Part shown: positions 17,151 to 26,741 of the stretch, one piece after another | Layout of the letters: every line of letters begins with the position of its first letter | Numbering within the stretch: the stretch's first letter is position 1 | From: Betaproteobacteria bacterium | GTDB taxonomy: Bacteria; Pseudomonadota; Gammaproteobacteria; Burkholderiales; SG8-39 | Direction: 5' to 3' | DNA: 35,448 nucleotides | Assembly (NCBI GenBank): GCA_029858545.1 | Contig: JAOUFA010000003.1 | Location: 1-35,448 of the forward strand | Program-made: the position numbers and the translations under genes | The notes under the pieces: generated by a model | Told to the model about the DNA's origin: nothing | Seen by the model: only the letters and a program-made list of their open reading frames with translations | Database searches by the model: none

Positions 17151-17963
17151 ATGTTCCGATCGAAGTGGCTCAATCTGATTCCCCCGACGCTCGGCTCGAG
17201 CGCAGGGTATTTCGCGTTCGGCTTCACCGGCATGCTGCTCGGACCGATCGTTGTCGCGGCGGGCATGTTCTGGTGGCAACAGCGACGCAATGCCGCGGAG
17301 ATGGGAAGCGAGGAAGCGCGCTTCCAGGCGTTCATGACCGAAGCGGCCAAAGCGCCGCCTGTGCCCGCCGCGGCACCCGGCGCAGCCGCCGCCGCGGCCC
17401 GCAAACCGGGTCTCGACGAGATCAGGCAGCGCGTTGCCGCGCTCGAAGGCGGCGCGCTCGCCGATGCCTGGGACGCGGCGCGCAAACAGCAGGCACCGCT
17501 CGATGCATATGCCGCGGTCGAGGCGGCGCTGCTCGCGAAACGCGCGGCACGCGGCAAGGAGCAACTCGCCGCGCGCATGGGAGCCGCCGCGCAGGCGATC
17601 AAGCTATGCCTCGCGCAGGGACTCGCGCCGATGGCGACGGCAGTATTCATGGAGTTCATCGACGAGCGCAACACCTTGCAGCTGGAAGCTGCGCAATGGA
17701 ATACGCTCGGCCAGGTGCTGCTCGCGCGCAGCGCGTACCTGGAAGCCGCCTGGACATTGCACGCCGGCGCCCTGCTCGCCGGCGATGCGGCGATGGCGCA
17801 AAAGCGTCTGGTGGAGGTCGCCGGCAAAGCTGCCGAGGCGATGCAGCCGGCGCTCGCCTGCAAGCTGTACGAGACACTGCTCGCCAAATATCCCGCCTCG
17901 CAGTACGCCGAGTTCGCGCGCGCCAGCCTGCGCACGGAAGAGAAGAAACTCACCAAGGGCTGA
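17151..17963 (+). CDS. Hypothetical membrane-anchored helical (TPR-like) protein
   Basis: 270-aa ORF that fills the glcF-glcE gap. It has an N-terminal hydrophobic segment, a Pro/Ala linker and helical repeats ending LYETLLAKYPASQYAEFAR (TPR-cap-like). Confidence 0.7.
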   Translation: MFRSKWLNLIPPTLGSSAGYFAFGFTGMLLGPIVVAAGMFWWQQRRNAAEMGSEEARFQAFMTEAAKAPPVPAAAPGAAAAAARKPGLDEIRQRVAALEGGALADAWDAARKQQAPLDAYAAVEAALLAKRAARGKEQLAARMGAAAQAIKLCLAQGLAPMATAVFMEFIDERNTLQLEAAQWNTLGQVLLARSAYLEAAWTLHAGALLAGDAAMAQKRLVEVAGKAAEAMQPALACKLYETLLAKYPASQYAEFARASLRTEEKKLTKG

Positions 17964-17975
17964 CGCGCCACGCGC

Positions 17976-19040
17976 TCAAAGCTCCGCATACAGGCGCCCC
18001 GGATTGAAGATCCCCTGCGGGTCGAAGCTCGTCTTGAGGCCGCGATGCAGGCGCCTCTGCACCTCCGGCAGCGGCGCGAAGGCGCCGGCCGATTTTTCCG
18101 CCGCGCGAAACAGCGTCGCGTGACCGCCTGCGCGGTGCGCGGCCTCGCGCACCGCGCCTGCCGCAGCACTCGTGCGCAGCCAGCGCAGGGCCCCGCCCCA
18201 CTCGATCAGCTGCTCGCCCTCGACCTCGATCGAAGCTGCCTTCGAAGGCAGCGACAGGCGCCACAGCGGCGTGTCGCCCGAGAAGTAGGGATCGGTCTGC
18301 TCGCGCAGCCCTTCCCACAGCTTGCGCGCCTCCGCGTCCGGCAGCGGGTCGCCGCCCAGCCGCTCGATCGCCGCGCGCACCGCCGCTTCGGCGCCCGAGA
18401 GCCGCAGCAGCAGTTGTCCCTGGCGCCACGCGCTCGCGCTGATCGGCAGCGGCGTCGCGGCCCACTGGTTCAGGGTCAGGATCGCGCGCGCCTGCGGCAA
18501 TTCGAAACGCAAAGTCGATTCGCTGGTCGGTCGCGGCAGCACCTTGACCGACACCTCCAGGATCACGCCGAGAATGCCGAGCGATCCGGCAAGCAGGCGC
18601 GACACGTCGTAGCCGGCGACATTCTTCATCACCTGGCCGCCGAAAGAGAGCACATCGCCCTTGCCGTCGAGCAGCTTCACGCCGAGCACGTAATCGCGCA
18701 GCGCCCCTGCGCTCGCGCGCCGCGGCCCGGAAAGACCCGCCGCGATGCAACCGCCGACGGTCGCCTGTGCGCCGAAATGCGGCGGCTCGAAGGCAAGCAT
18801 CTGCCCTTGCGCCGCGAGCGCCGCCTCGAGTTCGGCGAGCGGCGTGCCGCAGCGCGCGGTCACGACCAGTTCGGTCGGTTCGTAGTTCACGATCCCCGCA
18901 TGGGCGCGCGTGTCGAGCAGTTCACCGCGCGGCTCGCCGCCGTAGAAGTCCTTCGTCCCTCCGCCGCGCAGGCGCAGCGCGCTGCGCGCCGCGCCCGCGG
19001 CGCGCACGCGCTCGACCCAGCCGGCAACGAGATCGCTCAT
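17976..19040 (-). CDS. glcE: Glycolate oxidase FAD subunit
   Basis: GGGTKDFYG, GIVNYEPTELVVTARCGTPL, QMLAFEPP, FGGQVMKNVAGYDVSRL, IEWGGALRW, FDPQGIFNPGR. Start at ATG 19040. Confidence 0.95.
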   Translation of the reverse strand: MSDLVAGWVERVRAAGAARSALRLRGGGTKDFYGGEPRGELLDTRAHAGIVNYEPTELVVTARCGTPLAELEAALAAQGQMLAFEPPHFGAQATVGGCIAAGLSGPRRASAGALRDYVLGVKLLDGKGDVLSFGGQVMKNVAGYDVSRLLAGSLGILGVILEVSVKVLPRPTSESTLRFELPQARAILTLNQWAATPLPISASAWRQGQLLLRLSGAEAAVRAAIERLGGDPLPDAEARKLWEGLREQTDPYFSGDTPLWRLSLPSKAASIEVEGEQLIEWGGALRWLRTSAAAGAVREAAHRAGGHATLFRAAEKSAGAFAPLPEVQRRLHRGLKTSFDPQGIFNPGRLYAEL

Positions 19041-19044
19041 GCGC

Positions 19045-20529
19045 CTAGAACCTCGGCAGCTCGGCGTGCGGCAGCACGCCGCCGCGCACGTGCATGCCGC
19101 GGTATTCGGCGCAGCGCGCGAGGGTCGGCACCGCCTTGCCGGGGTTGAGCAGCTCATGCGGATCGAACACACGCTTCAGCGCCCGAAAGGCAGCGAGTTC
19201 GGCCGCGCTGAACTGCGCGCACATCTGGTTGATCTTTTCCACGCCGACGCCATGCTCGCCGGTGATCGTACCGCCGACCTCGACGCATTTCTCGAGCACT
19301 TCGGCGGCGAAGGCCTCGGTGCGGCGCAGTTGATCGGGATCGTTGGCATCGTAGAGGATCAGCGGATGCAGGTTGCCGTCTCCGGCATGGAACACGTTGG
19401 GACAGGCAAGCCCGTACTTCTTCTCCATCTCGGCGATGAAGCGCAGGATCTCGCCCAGCCGCTTTCGCGGGATCGTGCCGTCCATGCAGTAGTAATCGGG
19501 CGAGATGCGCCCGACCGCCGGAAATGCCGCCTTGCGCCCCGACCAGAACTTGAGCCGTTCGGCCTCGTTCTGCGACACGCGCAGCTGGGTCGCGCCGGCG
19601 CGCGCGAGCACCTCCTTCATGCGCGCAATTTCCTCCTCGACCTCCTCGGGCGTGCCGTCGGCCTCGCACAGGAGGATCGCCGCGGCATCGAGGTCGTAAC
19701 CCGCACCGACATACTGCTCGACCGCGCGGGTCGCCGGCCGGTCCATCATTTCGAGGCCCGCCGGGATGATGCCCGCGGCGATCACCGCGGCGACCGCGTC
19801 CCCCGCGGTCTCGACATCGGCGAAGGAGGCCATCACCACGCGCGCGAGCTGCGGGCGGGGCAACAGCTTCACCGTCACTTCGACCGCCACCGCGAGCATG
19901 CCCTCCGAGCCGATCATCAGCGCGAGCAGGTCGAGCCCCGGAGAATCGAGCGCCTCGGAACCGAACTGAATCGGCTCGCCCTCGACGGTGTAGCCGCGCA
20001 GCGCGAGGACGTTGTGCACGGTGAGACCGTACTTCAGGCAATGCACTCCGCCCGAGTTCTCGCCGACGTTGCCGCCGATGGTGCAGGCGATCTGGCTCGA
20101 GGGATCGGGCGCGTAGTAGAGACCGAAGGGCGCGACCACGTCCGAGATCGCGAGATTCCTCACGCCCGGCTGCACCACCGCGACGCGCGCCACCGGATCG
20201 ATGCGCGTGACGCGCATGAACTTCGCCATCGACAGCAGCACGCCGCTGGAGGAGGGCATCGCCCCGCCCGAAAGACCGGTGCCCGCGCCACGCGCCACCA
20301 CCGGCACGCCCATCGCGTGACAGGTCTTGAGCAATTTCTGCACCTGCTCTTCAGTTTCGGGCAGCGCGACCACCATCGGCAGGGCGCGATAGGCGGTCAG
20401 TCCATCGCATTCGTAGGGACGCGTGTCCTCGGCCTCGAAGAGCACCGCGCGCGCGGGCAGGAATCCACGCAGCGCCGCGGCCACCGCGCGCTGACGCTCG
20501 GGATCGATGCAACCCGGTTTCGCGTCCAT
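19045..20529 (-). CDS. glcD: Glycolate oxidase subunit (FAD-linked)
   Basis: YECDGL, RGAGTGLSGG, YAPDPSSQIACTIGGN, GGVHCLKYG, FHAGDGNLHP, GEHGVGVEK, NPGK. Start taken at ATG 20529. Confidence 0.95.
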   Translation of the reverse strand: MDAKPGCIDPERQRAVAAALRGFLPARAVLFEAEDTRPYECDGLTAYRALPMVVALPETEEQVQKLLKTCHAMGVPVVARGAGTGLSGGAMPSSSGVLLSMAKFMRVTRIDPVARVAVVQPGVRNLAISDVVAPFGLYYAPDPSSQIACTIGGNVGENSGGVHCLKYGLTVHNVLALRGYTVEGEPIQFGSEALDSPGLDLLALMIGSEGMLAVAVEVTVKLLPRPQLARVVMASFADVETAGDAVAAVIAAGIIPAGLEMMDRPATRAVEQYVGAGYDLDAAAILLCEADGTPEEVEEEIARMKEVLARAGATQLRVSQNEAERLKFWSGRKAAFPAVGRISPDYYCMDGTIPRKRLGEILRFIAEMEKKYGLACPNVFHAGDGNLHPLILYDANDPDQLRRTEAFAAEVLEKCVEVGGTITGEHGVGVEKINQMCAQFSAAELAAFRALKRVFDPHELLNPGKAVPTLARCAEYRGMHVRGGVLPHAELPRF

Positions 20530-20557
20530 GTCGGTATCGAGAGATCCGATCGAAAGT

Positions 20558-21334
20558 TCAAAGATACGGCTTGGCCCAGGCGAGACCCGCGACCGTGTCA
20601 CCCCGGGGATTGTATTCGCAGCCGATCGCTCCGGTATAGCCAAGGCGGTCGATCTGCGCGAGCAACCAGGGAAAATTGATCTCGCCGGTGCCCGGCTCGT
20701 GCCGATCGGGCACATCCGCGAGCTGCATGTGCCCGATGCGCGGCAGCAGCCGCTCGATGGTCTTCGCCAAATCGCCCTCCATGATCTGCATGTGAAACAG
20801 GTCGTACTGGAGAAAGGCGTTGTCCGACCCGGCGGCGTCGAGCACCGCGATCGCCTCGGCGCTGGTGGCGACGAAAAACCCGGGCACACTGCGCCGGTTG
20901 CAGGGTTCGAGCATCAGGCGGATTCCGGCCGCCTTGAGTCGGTCGGCGGCGTAGTGGACGTTGCCCGCCAGGGAATCGAACAGCCGCTCGCGCGAAACGC
21001 CCGCCGGGGCGATTCCCGGCAGGCAATTGAGCCGCGTGCAGCCGACGGCCTGTGCATAATCAATCGCGCGCTCGACCCCGGAACGGAAATCCACGACGCG
21101 ATCGGGCAGGCAGGCGATGCCGCGTTCGCCGCGCGCGAAGTCACCCGCAGGAATATTGTGCAGCACCACCTCGACTCCCGCCGCACGTGCCCGTGTAGCG
21201 ACCACCCGGTGATCGCGGCCGTAGGGAAACTGGTACTCCACATAGCGAAATCCGGCCCGCGCCGCCGCATCAAAGCGATCGAGAAAATCGAGTTCCGGAA
21301 AAAGCGTGGACAGGTTGGCGGCAAGTCGTGGCAT
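20558..21334 (-). CDS. hyi: Hydroxypyruvate isomerase family (Hyi/OtnI)
   Basis: MPRLAANLS.LF.E..FLDRF.AAA.AGF, LQYDLFHMQIMEGDL, QLADVPDRHEPGTGEIN, IGCEY. Confidence 0.88.
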   Translation of the reverse strand: MPRLAANLSTLFPELDFLDRFDAAARAGFRYVEYQFPYGRDHRVVATRARAAGVEVVLHNIPAGDFARGERGIACLPDRVVDFRSGVERAIDYAQAVGCTRLNCLPGIAPAGVSRERLFDSLAGNVHYAADRLKAAGIRLMLEPCNRRSVPGFFVATSAEAIAVLDAAGSDNAFLQYDLFHMQIMEGDLAKTIERLLPRIGHMQLADVPDRHEPGTGEINFPWLLAQIDRLGYTGAIGCEYNPRGDTVAGLAWAKPYL

Positions 21335-21578
21335 TTGGATAGCTTATCTGTGGCGAAGCAGAATTGAGCGGGCGCGTCGCCGCCGACTGTATGATTATGA
21401 CTCCTTGCTTCAACCTGCCCCCGGGGATCGACACGCCGGATCCCATTCATCCCCACCGGAGCGAGATTCGTGATATCCGATTTCTTCCGCTTGGCGCTGA
21501 ATCCTTGCTCTGTACCGCCAGCCGCCAAGCGGACCGCATTGGGCGCCGCGGCGCGCCACTGACACAGGACTCCATTCA

Positions 21579-23366
21579 GTGTCTCCATCCGTTTTGTCGC
21601 CCCGCGCCCTCGCGCTAGCGATTCTGGCACTCTTCCCCTGGCATCGCCAGGTTACACGCGCAAGTCTGCGCGCCGATCTCATCGCAGGCGCGATCGGCGC
21701 GATCGTCGTTCTGCCACAGGGGGTCGCTTTCGCAACGCTTGCGGGAATGCCTCCCGAATACGGACTGTACTGCGCGATGGTACCGGCGGTGGTCGCGGCA
21801 TTCGTGGGTTCATCCTGGCATGCAGTATCCGGTCCCACCAACGCAATCTCTCTGTTTGTGTTCGCGACCGTATCGCCGCTGGCCCTGCCGGGCTCGGAAA
21901 GATACATCAGTCTGGTGCTCACGCTGTCATTCCTTGCCGGCGCGATGATGCTCGCGATGGGCGCGTTTCGCCTCGGGCGCCTTGTCAATTTCATCTCGCA
22001 CAGCGTGGTAGTGGGATTTACCGCCGGCGCGGGAACCCTGATCGTCGCCAGTCAGTTGCACAACTTCCTGGGTCTCAAGATTGCTCCGGGTGGCTCGTTT
22101 CTGGCGACCGTCTATTCGGTTGCCACCGGTATTTCGCACACCAACCCCTATGTCCTGCTGGTCGGCGCGATTACGCTGGCCGCGGGCATCGCGGCAAGGC
22201 GGTGGTTCAAGAAACTACCGTACATGATCGCGGCACTGGTGCTGGGCAGTCTGGTCGGGTTCGCACTCAACCTGTGGCTCGGCGCGGAGACGACGGGCAT
22301 ACGCGTCATCGGGGCGCTGCCAAGCGCCCTGCCGCCGCTTTCGCATCCGGACTTTTCTCCGGATACGCTCAAGTCACTGATGGGCATCGCGATCGGAGTC
22401 ACGATGCTGTCGCTTACCGAGGCGATTTCGATTTCGCGTGCCATCGCCCTCAAGTCGGGGCAGCGTATAGATGCCAGCCGTGAATTCGTCGGACAGGGGC
22501 TCGCGAACATCGCTGCGAGTTTCTTCTCGGGCTACCCGACATCGGCGTCGTTCAACCGATCGGGAATCAATTACGACGCCGGAGCGAGAACGCCGCTCGC
22601 TGCGGCGTTCTCCGCCCCGTTCCTTGTGGTCGCGCTGCTATTGATCGCGCCGCTGGTGGGGCACATTCCGATCGCCTCGATGGCCGCGATTCTGTTCATG
22701 GTCGCGGCGGGGTTGTTCGACCTGCACGCCATGCGCACCATCGCGCGCGCGGGTCGCGGCGAAGCGCTGGTGCTCGTCTTTACCTTCGCCTCGACCCTGC
22801 TCATGAACCTCGAGTTTGCGGTGCTGATCGGCGTGACCTTGTCGTTGCTGGTGTATCTCAATCGCACCTCTCGCCCCCAGATGCGCTCGCTCGTGCCGGA
22901 CCCGCGTCATGCGACGCGCCGGCTGGCGCCGGTCGCCGAAGGGTTGCGTGAATGCCCGCAGATCAAAATCATGAGCGTCGAGGGTTCGATCTATTTCGGC
23001 GCGGTCGATCATGTCCAGTCGCACCTCGAGGTCCTGCGCGAGGTGGCACGCGACCAGCATCACCTGCTGCTGGTCGCCCCGAACGTCAATTTCATCGACG
23101 TAGCGGGTGCCGAGGCGCTCGCCCACGAAGCACGAACTCGGCGCGCTGAAGGCGGCAGACTATGCCTCTACGGCCTGCGCCAGCCGGTGGTCGGTGTCCT
23201 GCGTCGCAGCGGACTGCTTCCCGAAATCGGTGAGGAGAATGTCTTCGCGTCCATGAAAGACGCGATCGCGAGCTTTTTCGCGCGTCGCGACCACTCGATT
23301 TGCACGAACTGTCGGGCGAGAATCTTCCGGGAATGTGCGGCATTGCCTCCGCCCGCCGATTCCTGA
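21579..23366 (+). CDS. SulP/SLC26 anion permease with STAS domain
   Basis: DLIAG...LPQGVAFATLAGMPPEYGLY, SGPT, EFVGQGLANI, SASFNRS, STAS (EGSIYFG, NFIDVAG) and a C-terminal CxxC-x7-C. Confidence 0.93.
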   Translation: MSPSVLSPRALALAILALFPWHRQVTRASLRADLIAGAIGAIVVLPQGVAFATLAGMPPEYGLYCAMVPAVVAAFVGSSWHAVSGPTNAISLFVFATVSPLALPGSERYISLVLTLSFLAGAMMLAMGAFRLGRLVNFISHSVVVGFTAGAGTLIVASQLHNFLGLKIAPGGSFLATVYSVATGISHTNPYVLLVGAITLAAGIAARRWFKKLPYMIAALVLGSLVGFALNLWLGAETTGIRVIGALPSALPPLSHPDFSPDTLKSLMGIAIGVTMLSLTEAISISRAIALKSGQRIDASREFVGQGLANIAASFFSGYPTSASFNRSGINYDAGARTPLAAAFSAPFLVVALLLIAPLVGHIPIASMAAILFMVAAGLFDLHAMRTIARAGRGEALVLVFTFASTLLMNLEFAVLIGVTLSLLVYLNRTSRPQMRSLVPDPRHATRRLAPVAEGLRECPQIKIMSVEGSIYFGAVDHVQSHLEVLREVARDQHHLLLVAPNVNFIDVAGAEALAHEARTRRAEGGRLCLYGLRQPVVGVLRRSGLLPEIGEENVFASMKDAIASFFARRDHSICTNCRARIFRECAALPPPADS

Positions 23367-23510
23367 AGCCCCGCGCCCGCCGCGTCGTGCTCCGGCCGGC
23401 AGGCCAAATCCCCAATCACTGAGCGGATAACAAGTCCAATTCCGCTGTGTTAGACTTTTTGCCCTTCGGCGGGTTCAAGTCGCCAACATAATCAAAAAAG
23501 GAGGCCTTCA

Positions 23511-24095
23511 ATGGGCGCAATCTTGCAGTCTCTAGGGCGCACGGTAATCGCGGGCGTGGTCATTTTGCTGGTCATCATGGGCATCGCAGGCACCTTCGGC
23601 GCGATGGCGACCCATGGGTGGTCAGCTTTCTTCATGCGCTGGCTGCACGTACTCTCCGGGGTAATGTGGATCGGTCTGCTGTGGTATTTCAATTTCGTTC
23701 AAATGCCGTCGATGCCCAAGATCCCCGACGAACAGAAGCCGGCGATCGGCAAGGTCATCGCACCCGAGGCACTATTCTGGTTCCGCTGGGCCGCGCTCTC
23801 GACGATGGTTACCGGACTGTTGCTCGCGTGGATGAGCGGCTATCTGGTCAGCGCGCTGTCGATTGCACGACCGCATCATGCGATAGGCATTGGCATGTGG
23901 CTGGGCTTGGTGATGGCATTCAACGTCTGGTTCATCATCTGGCCGAATCAGAAGAAGGCGCTGGGCATGGTTCAGGTCGATGCCGACGCCAAGGCCAAGG
24001 CTGCGCGCCTCGCAATGCTGACGTCGCGCCTCAACACCATGCTGTCGATCCCCATGCTGTATTGCATGGTCGCGCAGCAAAACGGCGGTCTCTGA
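23511..24095 (+). CDS. PuuD/urate oxidase N-terminal-domain membrane protein (no cytochrome c domain)
   Basis: RWLHVLSGVMWIGLLWYFNFVQ, ALFWFRWAA, NVWFIIWPNQ, SRLNTMLSIPML; AGGAGG RBS. Confidence 0.82.
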   Translation: MGAILQSLGRTVIAGVVILLVIMGIAGTFGAMATHGWSAFFMRWLHVLSGVMWIGLLWYFNFVQMPSMPKIPDEQKPAIGKVIAPEALFWFRWAALSTMVTGLLLAWMSGYLVSALSIARPHHAIGIGMWLGLVMAFNVWFIIWPNQKKALGMVQVDADAKAKAARLAMLTSRLNTMLSIPMLYCMVAQQNGGL

Positions 24096-24176
24096 CCGAC
24101 GTATAGGAAGCGTTGAAACCGGGGCTATGTGCCCCGGTTTCACCTATCAGGGGCGCCCGCCCCCTTGGGACTCCTG

Positions 24177-24626
24177 TCAACGCGCGAGACTCTCGAGTCC
24201 CCGGATGGTGTGGCCCGCGCGGATACCGCGTTGCGCGAACCAACCCCGGTTCATCTCGAGCGCGAAGCGAACAGGACGCACCGCGCAATGGGCCTGCTCG
24301 CTGTGCGGCTGCATATCGGCAATGTTGACGATTTCTCCGCGCTCACCGATGAACGCGACGGAAAGCGGTATCAGGGTGTTCTTCATCCACATGCAGTGGA
24401 TATCCGCCTGTTCGAAATCGAAAACCATGCCCGCGTTTTGCGCGAGCGAAGTCCGACGCATCAGCCCCTGCATGCGCGCCAAGTCGGTATTGGCGAGTTC
24501 GGCACGGATGAGATGCATCCCCGCTGACAGTTCTGTGATCGGCAACGCGGGTTGCTGCGCAAGGGCACTGGCCCAATTCAGCAGAACGCATAGGACGACA
24601 CAAGAGCGAACGAAACTATGGCGCAT
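24177..24626 (-). CDS. DUF192 family secreted protein
   Basis: Signal peptide, IRAELA, R.QGLM.R, GMVFDF, CMWMKNTLIPLSVAFI, FALEMNRGWF. Confidence 0.9.
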   Translation of the reverse strand: MRHSFVRSCVVLCVLLNWASALAQQPALPITELSAGMHLIRAELANTDLARMQGLMRRTSLAQNAGMVFDFEQADIHCMWMKNTLIPLSVAFIGERGEIVNIADMQPHSEQAHCAVRPVRFALEMNRGWFAQRGIRAGHTIRGLESLAR

Positions 24627-24757
24627 CAGAATTCACATGGTACCGGACCCCCGGCGTTACGCCCACTCTAGGCCCGCGCATTGCAAAGCCCTCACTGCGG
24701 GGCCGTTCGCTGGACGCCCGTAGGAAGGGCCACGCACGCTGCGTGATTCCCCAAGGC

Positions 24758-24790
24758 AAAAAAAAAGGCAGGGGCATCGCCCTGCCTTTT
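24758..24790. terminator. Intrinsic terminator for the small minus-strand gene
   Basis: A9-GGCAGGG-GCATCG-CCCTGCC-T4, which gives a U9 tail on the minus strand. Confidence 0.8.
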
Positions 24791-24809
24791 CACTTGCTTC
24801 CGCGTAGAT

Positions 24810-24983
24810 TTACTGCTTTTTGTCTTCGGCCTTCTTGGCTTTGGCTTTGGCTTTGGCTTTCTTCTCGCCCTTTGCCTTTTTCTCGGCTTTCGGGGTATCG
24901 GTAGCGGCCGCGCCCTGGGCAATGGCGCCGAAGCTGGTGGCCGCGAACATTGCCGCGATGAGGATCGTCAAAAGTTTCTTCAT
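24810..24983 (-). CDS. Small secreted Lys/Ala-rich protein (57 aa)
   Basis: Not in the ORF track. Manual translation: MKKLLTILIAAMFAATSFGAIAQGAAATDTPKAEKKAKGEKKAKAKAKAKKAEDKKQ*. It has an AAGGA RBS, a Sec signal peptide and its own terminator. Confidence 0.85.
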   Translation of the reverse strand: MKKLLTILIAAMFAATSFGAIAQGAAATDTPKAEKKAKGEKKAKAKAKAKKAEDKKQ

Positions 24984-25046
24984 TTACTTTCCTTCTCTAG
25001 AGTAAGTTTAAAAATCAGACCGGCAATTTGACCAGTCAGAAAACAC

Positions 25047-25074
25047 TAACGCGCACGCGGGCGTGCGGTTGACA
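25047..25074 (-). promoter_or_regulatory. ECF-sigma-type promoter for the small secreted protein
   Basis: Minus strand TGTCAAC-N16-CGTTA, the AAC/CGT signature of many ECF promoters. Confidence 0.55.
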
Positions 25075-25178
25075 GTCCGGTTGCCCCAAGATCCCCTGGA
25101 GCCTGCCTGCGATCCCTCCTCACCTTTCGCCTCGTACCGCCAGGTCACCCGCGCAGACTGCCGCCTGCCCGCAAAGTC

Positions 25179-25199
25179 TCTAACAATCAATTTGTTAGA
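25179..25199. promoter_or_regulatory. AT-rich inverted repeat containing a consensus IHF site
   Basis: TCTAACAA-TCAAT-TTGTTAGA; 25185-25197 AATCAATTTGTTA fits WATCAANNNNTTR. Confidence 0.5.
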
Positions 25200-25382
25200 A
25201 GACACTCGGCAGATGGGGGCGAAGACTGCCGGGGTTCGCTACTGCGCTGCAGCATTCCTGCCGGAAGATTTCGCGCCGCCAGCCAAGCGCGCCGGCCCAC
25301 TCCCCCGTACCGCCAAGGACTCAAGCCTCGCGACAAACCTCGAGCGGCGCAGTCGGTCGCATGCGGTTTTTAGGGGGGCCAA

Positions 25383-25408
25383 GGCTAAGACTTATATAAT
25401 ATATCTTT
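25383..25408. promoter_or_regulatory. AT-rich element upstream of icd (TATAAT at 25395-25400; CTTATATAA core resembling the betaproteobacterial SdhR TCA-regulon operator)
   Basis: GGCTAAGACTTATATAATATATCTTT. The core match is from my recollection of the motif, and the flanks are degenerate. Confidence 0.35.
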
Positions 25409-25467
25409 TAGCATTGCAGTCGAATTGAGTTGCGATTTCACCTATTCACCTCCGCCTAGGAGCAGTC

Positions 25468-26718
25468 ATGGCATACAAGCACATCAAGGTTCCCACCACC
25501 GGGGACAAGATCAAGGTCAACAAGGATTTCTCGCTTTCGGTCCCCGACCAGCCGATCATTCCGTACATCGAAGGCGACGGCATCGGTGCCGATATCACTC
25601 CGGTAATGATCAAGGTGGTCGATGCGGCCGTACAAAAAGCGTACGGTGGCAAGAAGAAGATCGTCTGGATGGAAATGTACGCCGGCGAAAAATCTTGCCG
25701 CATCTACGGCGAGAATGTTTGGTTGCCCGAGGAGACGCTTGAGGCCTCGAAAGAATATGCCGTTTCGATCAAGGGACCGCTCACGACGCCGGTAGGCGGG
25801 GGCATCCGTTCGATCAACGTCGCATTGCGCCAGGAACTCGACCTCTATGTGTGCCTGCGACCGGTGCGCTACTTCAAAGGCGTGCCGTCGCCGGTCAAGG
25901 AGCCCGAGAAGGTCGATATGACGATCTTCCGCGAGAATTCGGAGGATATCTACGTCGGCATCGAGTGGGCGGCAAAGTCGCCCGAAGTGAAGAAGGTCAT
26001 CGACTTTCTGATCAAGGAAATGGGCGTCAAGAAGATCCGCTTTCCGGAATCCTCCGCGATCGGGGTCAAGCCGGTTTCGATCGAGGGTTCCGAACGCCTG
26101 ATTCGCCGCGCGATCCAGTACGCCATCCAGAACAAACGCAAATCGGTGACTTTCGTGCACAAGGGGAACATCCAGAAATTCACTGAAGGCGGCTTTATGA
26201 AGTGGGGCTACGAACTCGCCAAACGCGAGTTCGGCGCGGAACTCGTCGACGGCGGCCCGTGGATGAAGATCAAGGCACCGCACGGAGAAATCCTCTTCAA
26301 GGACGTGATCACCGACGCGTTCCTGCAGCAGATCCTGCTTCGCCCGGCCGAGTACGACGTCATCGCCACCCTGAACCTGAACGGCGATTACCTCTCCGAT
26401 GCGCTCGCCGCCCAAGTCGGCGGAATCGGCATCGCGCCGGGAGCGAACATGTCGGATACCGTCGCAATGTTCGAGGCGACGCACGGCACCGCCCCGAAGT
26501 ACGCCGGCAAGGACTACGTCAATCCGGGTTCGGAGATTCTTTCCGCCGAGATGATGTTGCGCCACATGGGCTGGGTCGATGCCGCCGACCTGATTATCCG
26601 CTCGGTTGAAAAGGCGATCGGCGACAAGGTCGTGACCTACGATTTCGCACGCCTCATGCAGGGCGCCAAGCAGGTCTCCTGCTCGGGATTTGGTCAGGCG
26701 ATGATCGAGCGAATGTAG
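25468..26718 (+). CDS. icd: NADP-dependent isocitrate dehydrogenase
   Basis: [72 protein letters not shown]; AGGAG RBS. Confidence 0.98.
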   Translation: MAYKHIKVPTTGDKIKVNKDFSLSVPDQPIIPYIEGDGIGADITPVMIKVVDAAVQKAYGGKKKIVWMEMYAGEKSCRIYGENVWLPEETLEASKEYAVSIKGPLTTPVGGGIRSINVALRQELDLYVCLRPVRYFKGVPSPVKEPEKVDMTIFRENSEDIYVGIEWAAKSPEVKKVIDFLIKEMGVKKIRFPESSAIGVKPVSIEGSERLIRRAIQYAIQNKRKSVTFVHKGNIQKFTEGGFMKWGYELAKREFGAELVDGGPWMKIKAPHGEILFKDVITDAFLQQILLRPAEYDVIATLNLNGDYLSDALAAQVGGIGIAPGANMSDTVAMFEATHGTAPKYAGKDYVNPGSEILSAEMMLRHMGWVDAADLIIRSVEKAIGDKVVTYDFARLMQGAKQVSCSGFGQAMIERM

Positions 26719-26741
26719 CGCGGCAGCAGCCCAACGGAAAA

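Noticed and set aside
13295-18007. 1570-aa plus-strand ORF and many other long overlapping ORFs
   Set aside because: These are antisense or alternate-frame shadows of well-supported genes, expected in high-GC DNA where stop codons are rare. They contain no recognisable motifs.
25178-25200. CTCTAAC...GTTAGAA resembling attC core sites
   Set aside because: Only 9 bp apart, far shorter than any attC. It is better explained as an IHF site or operator palindrome.
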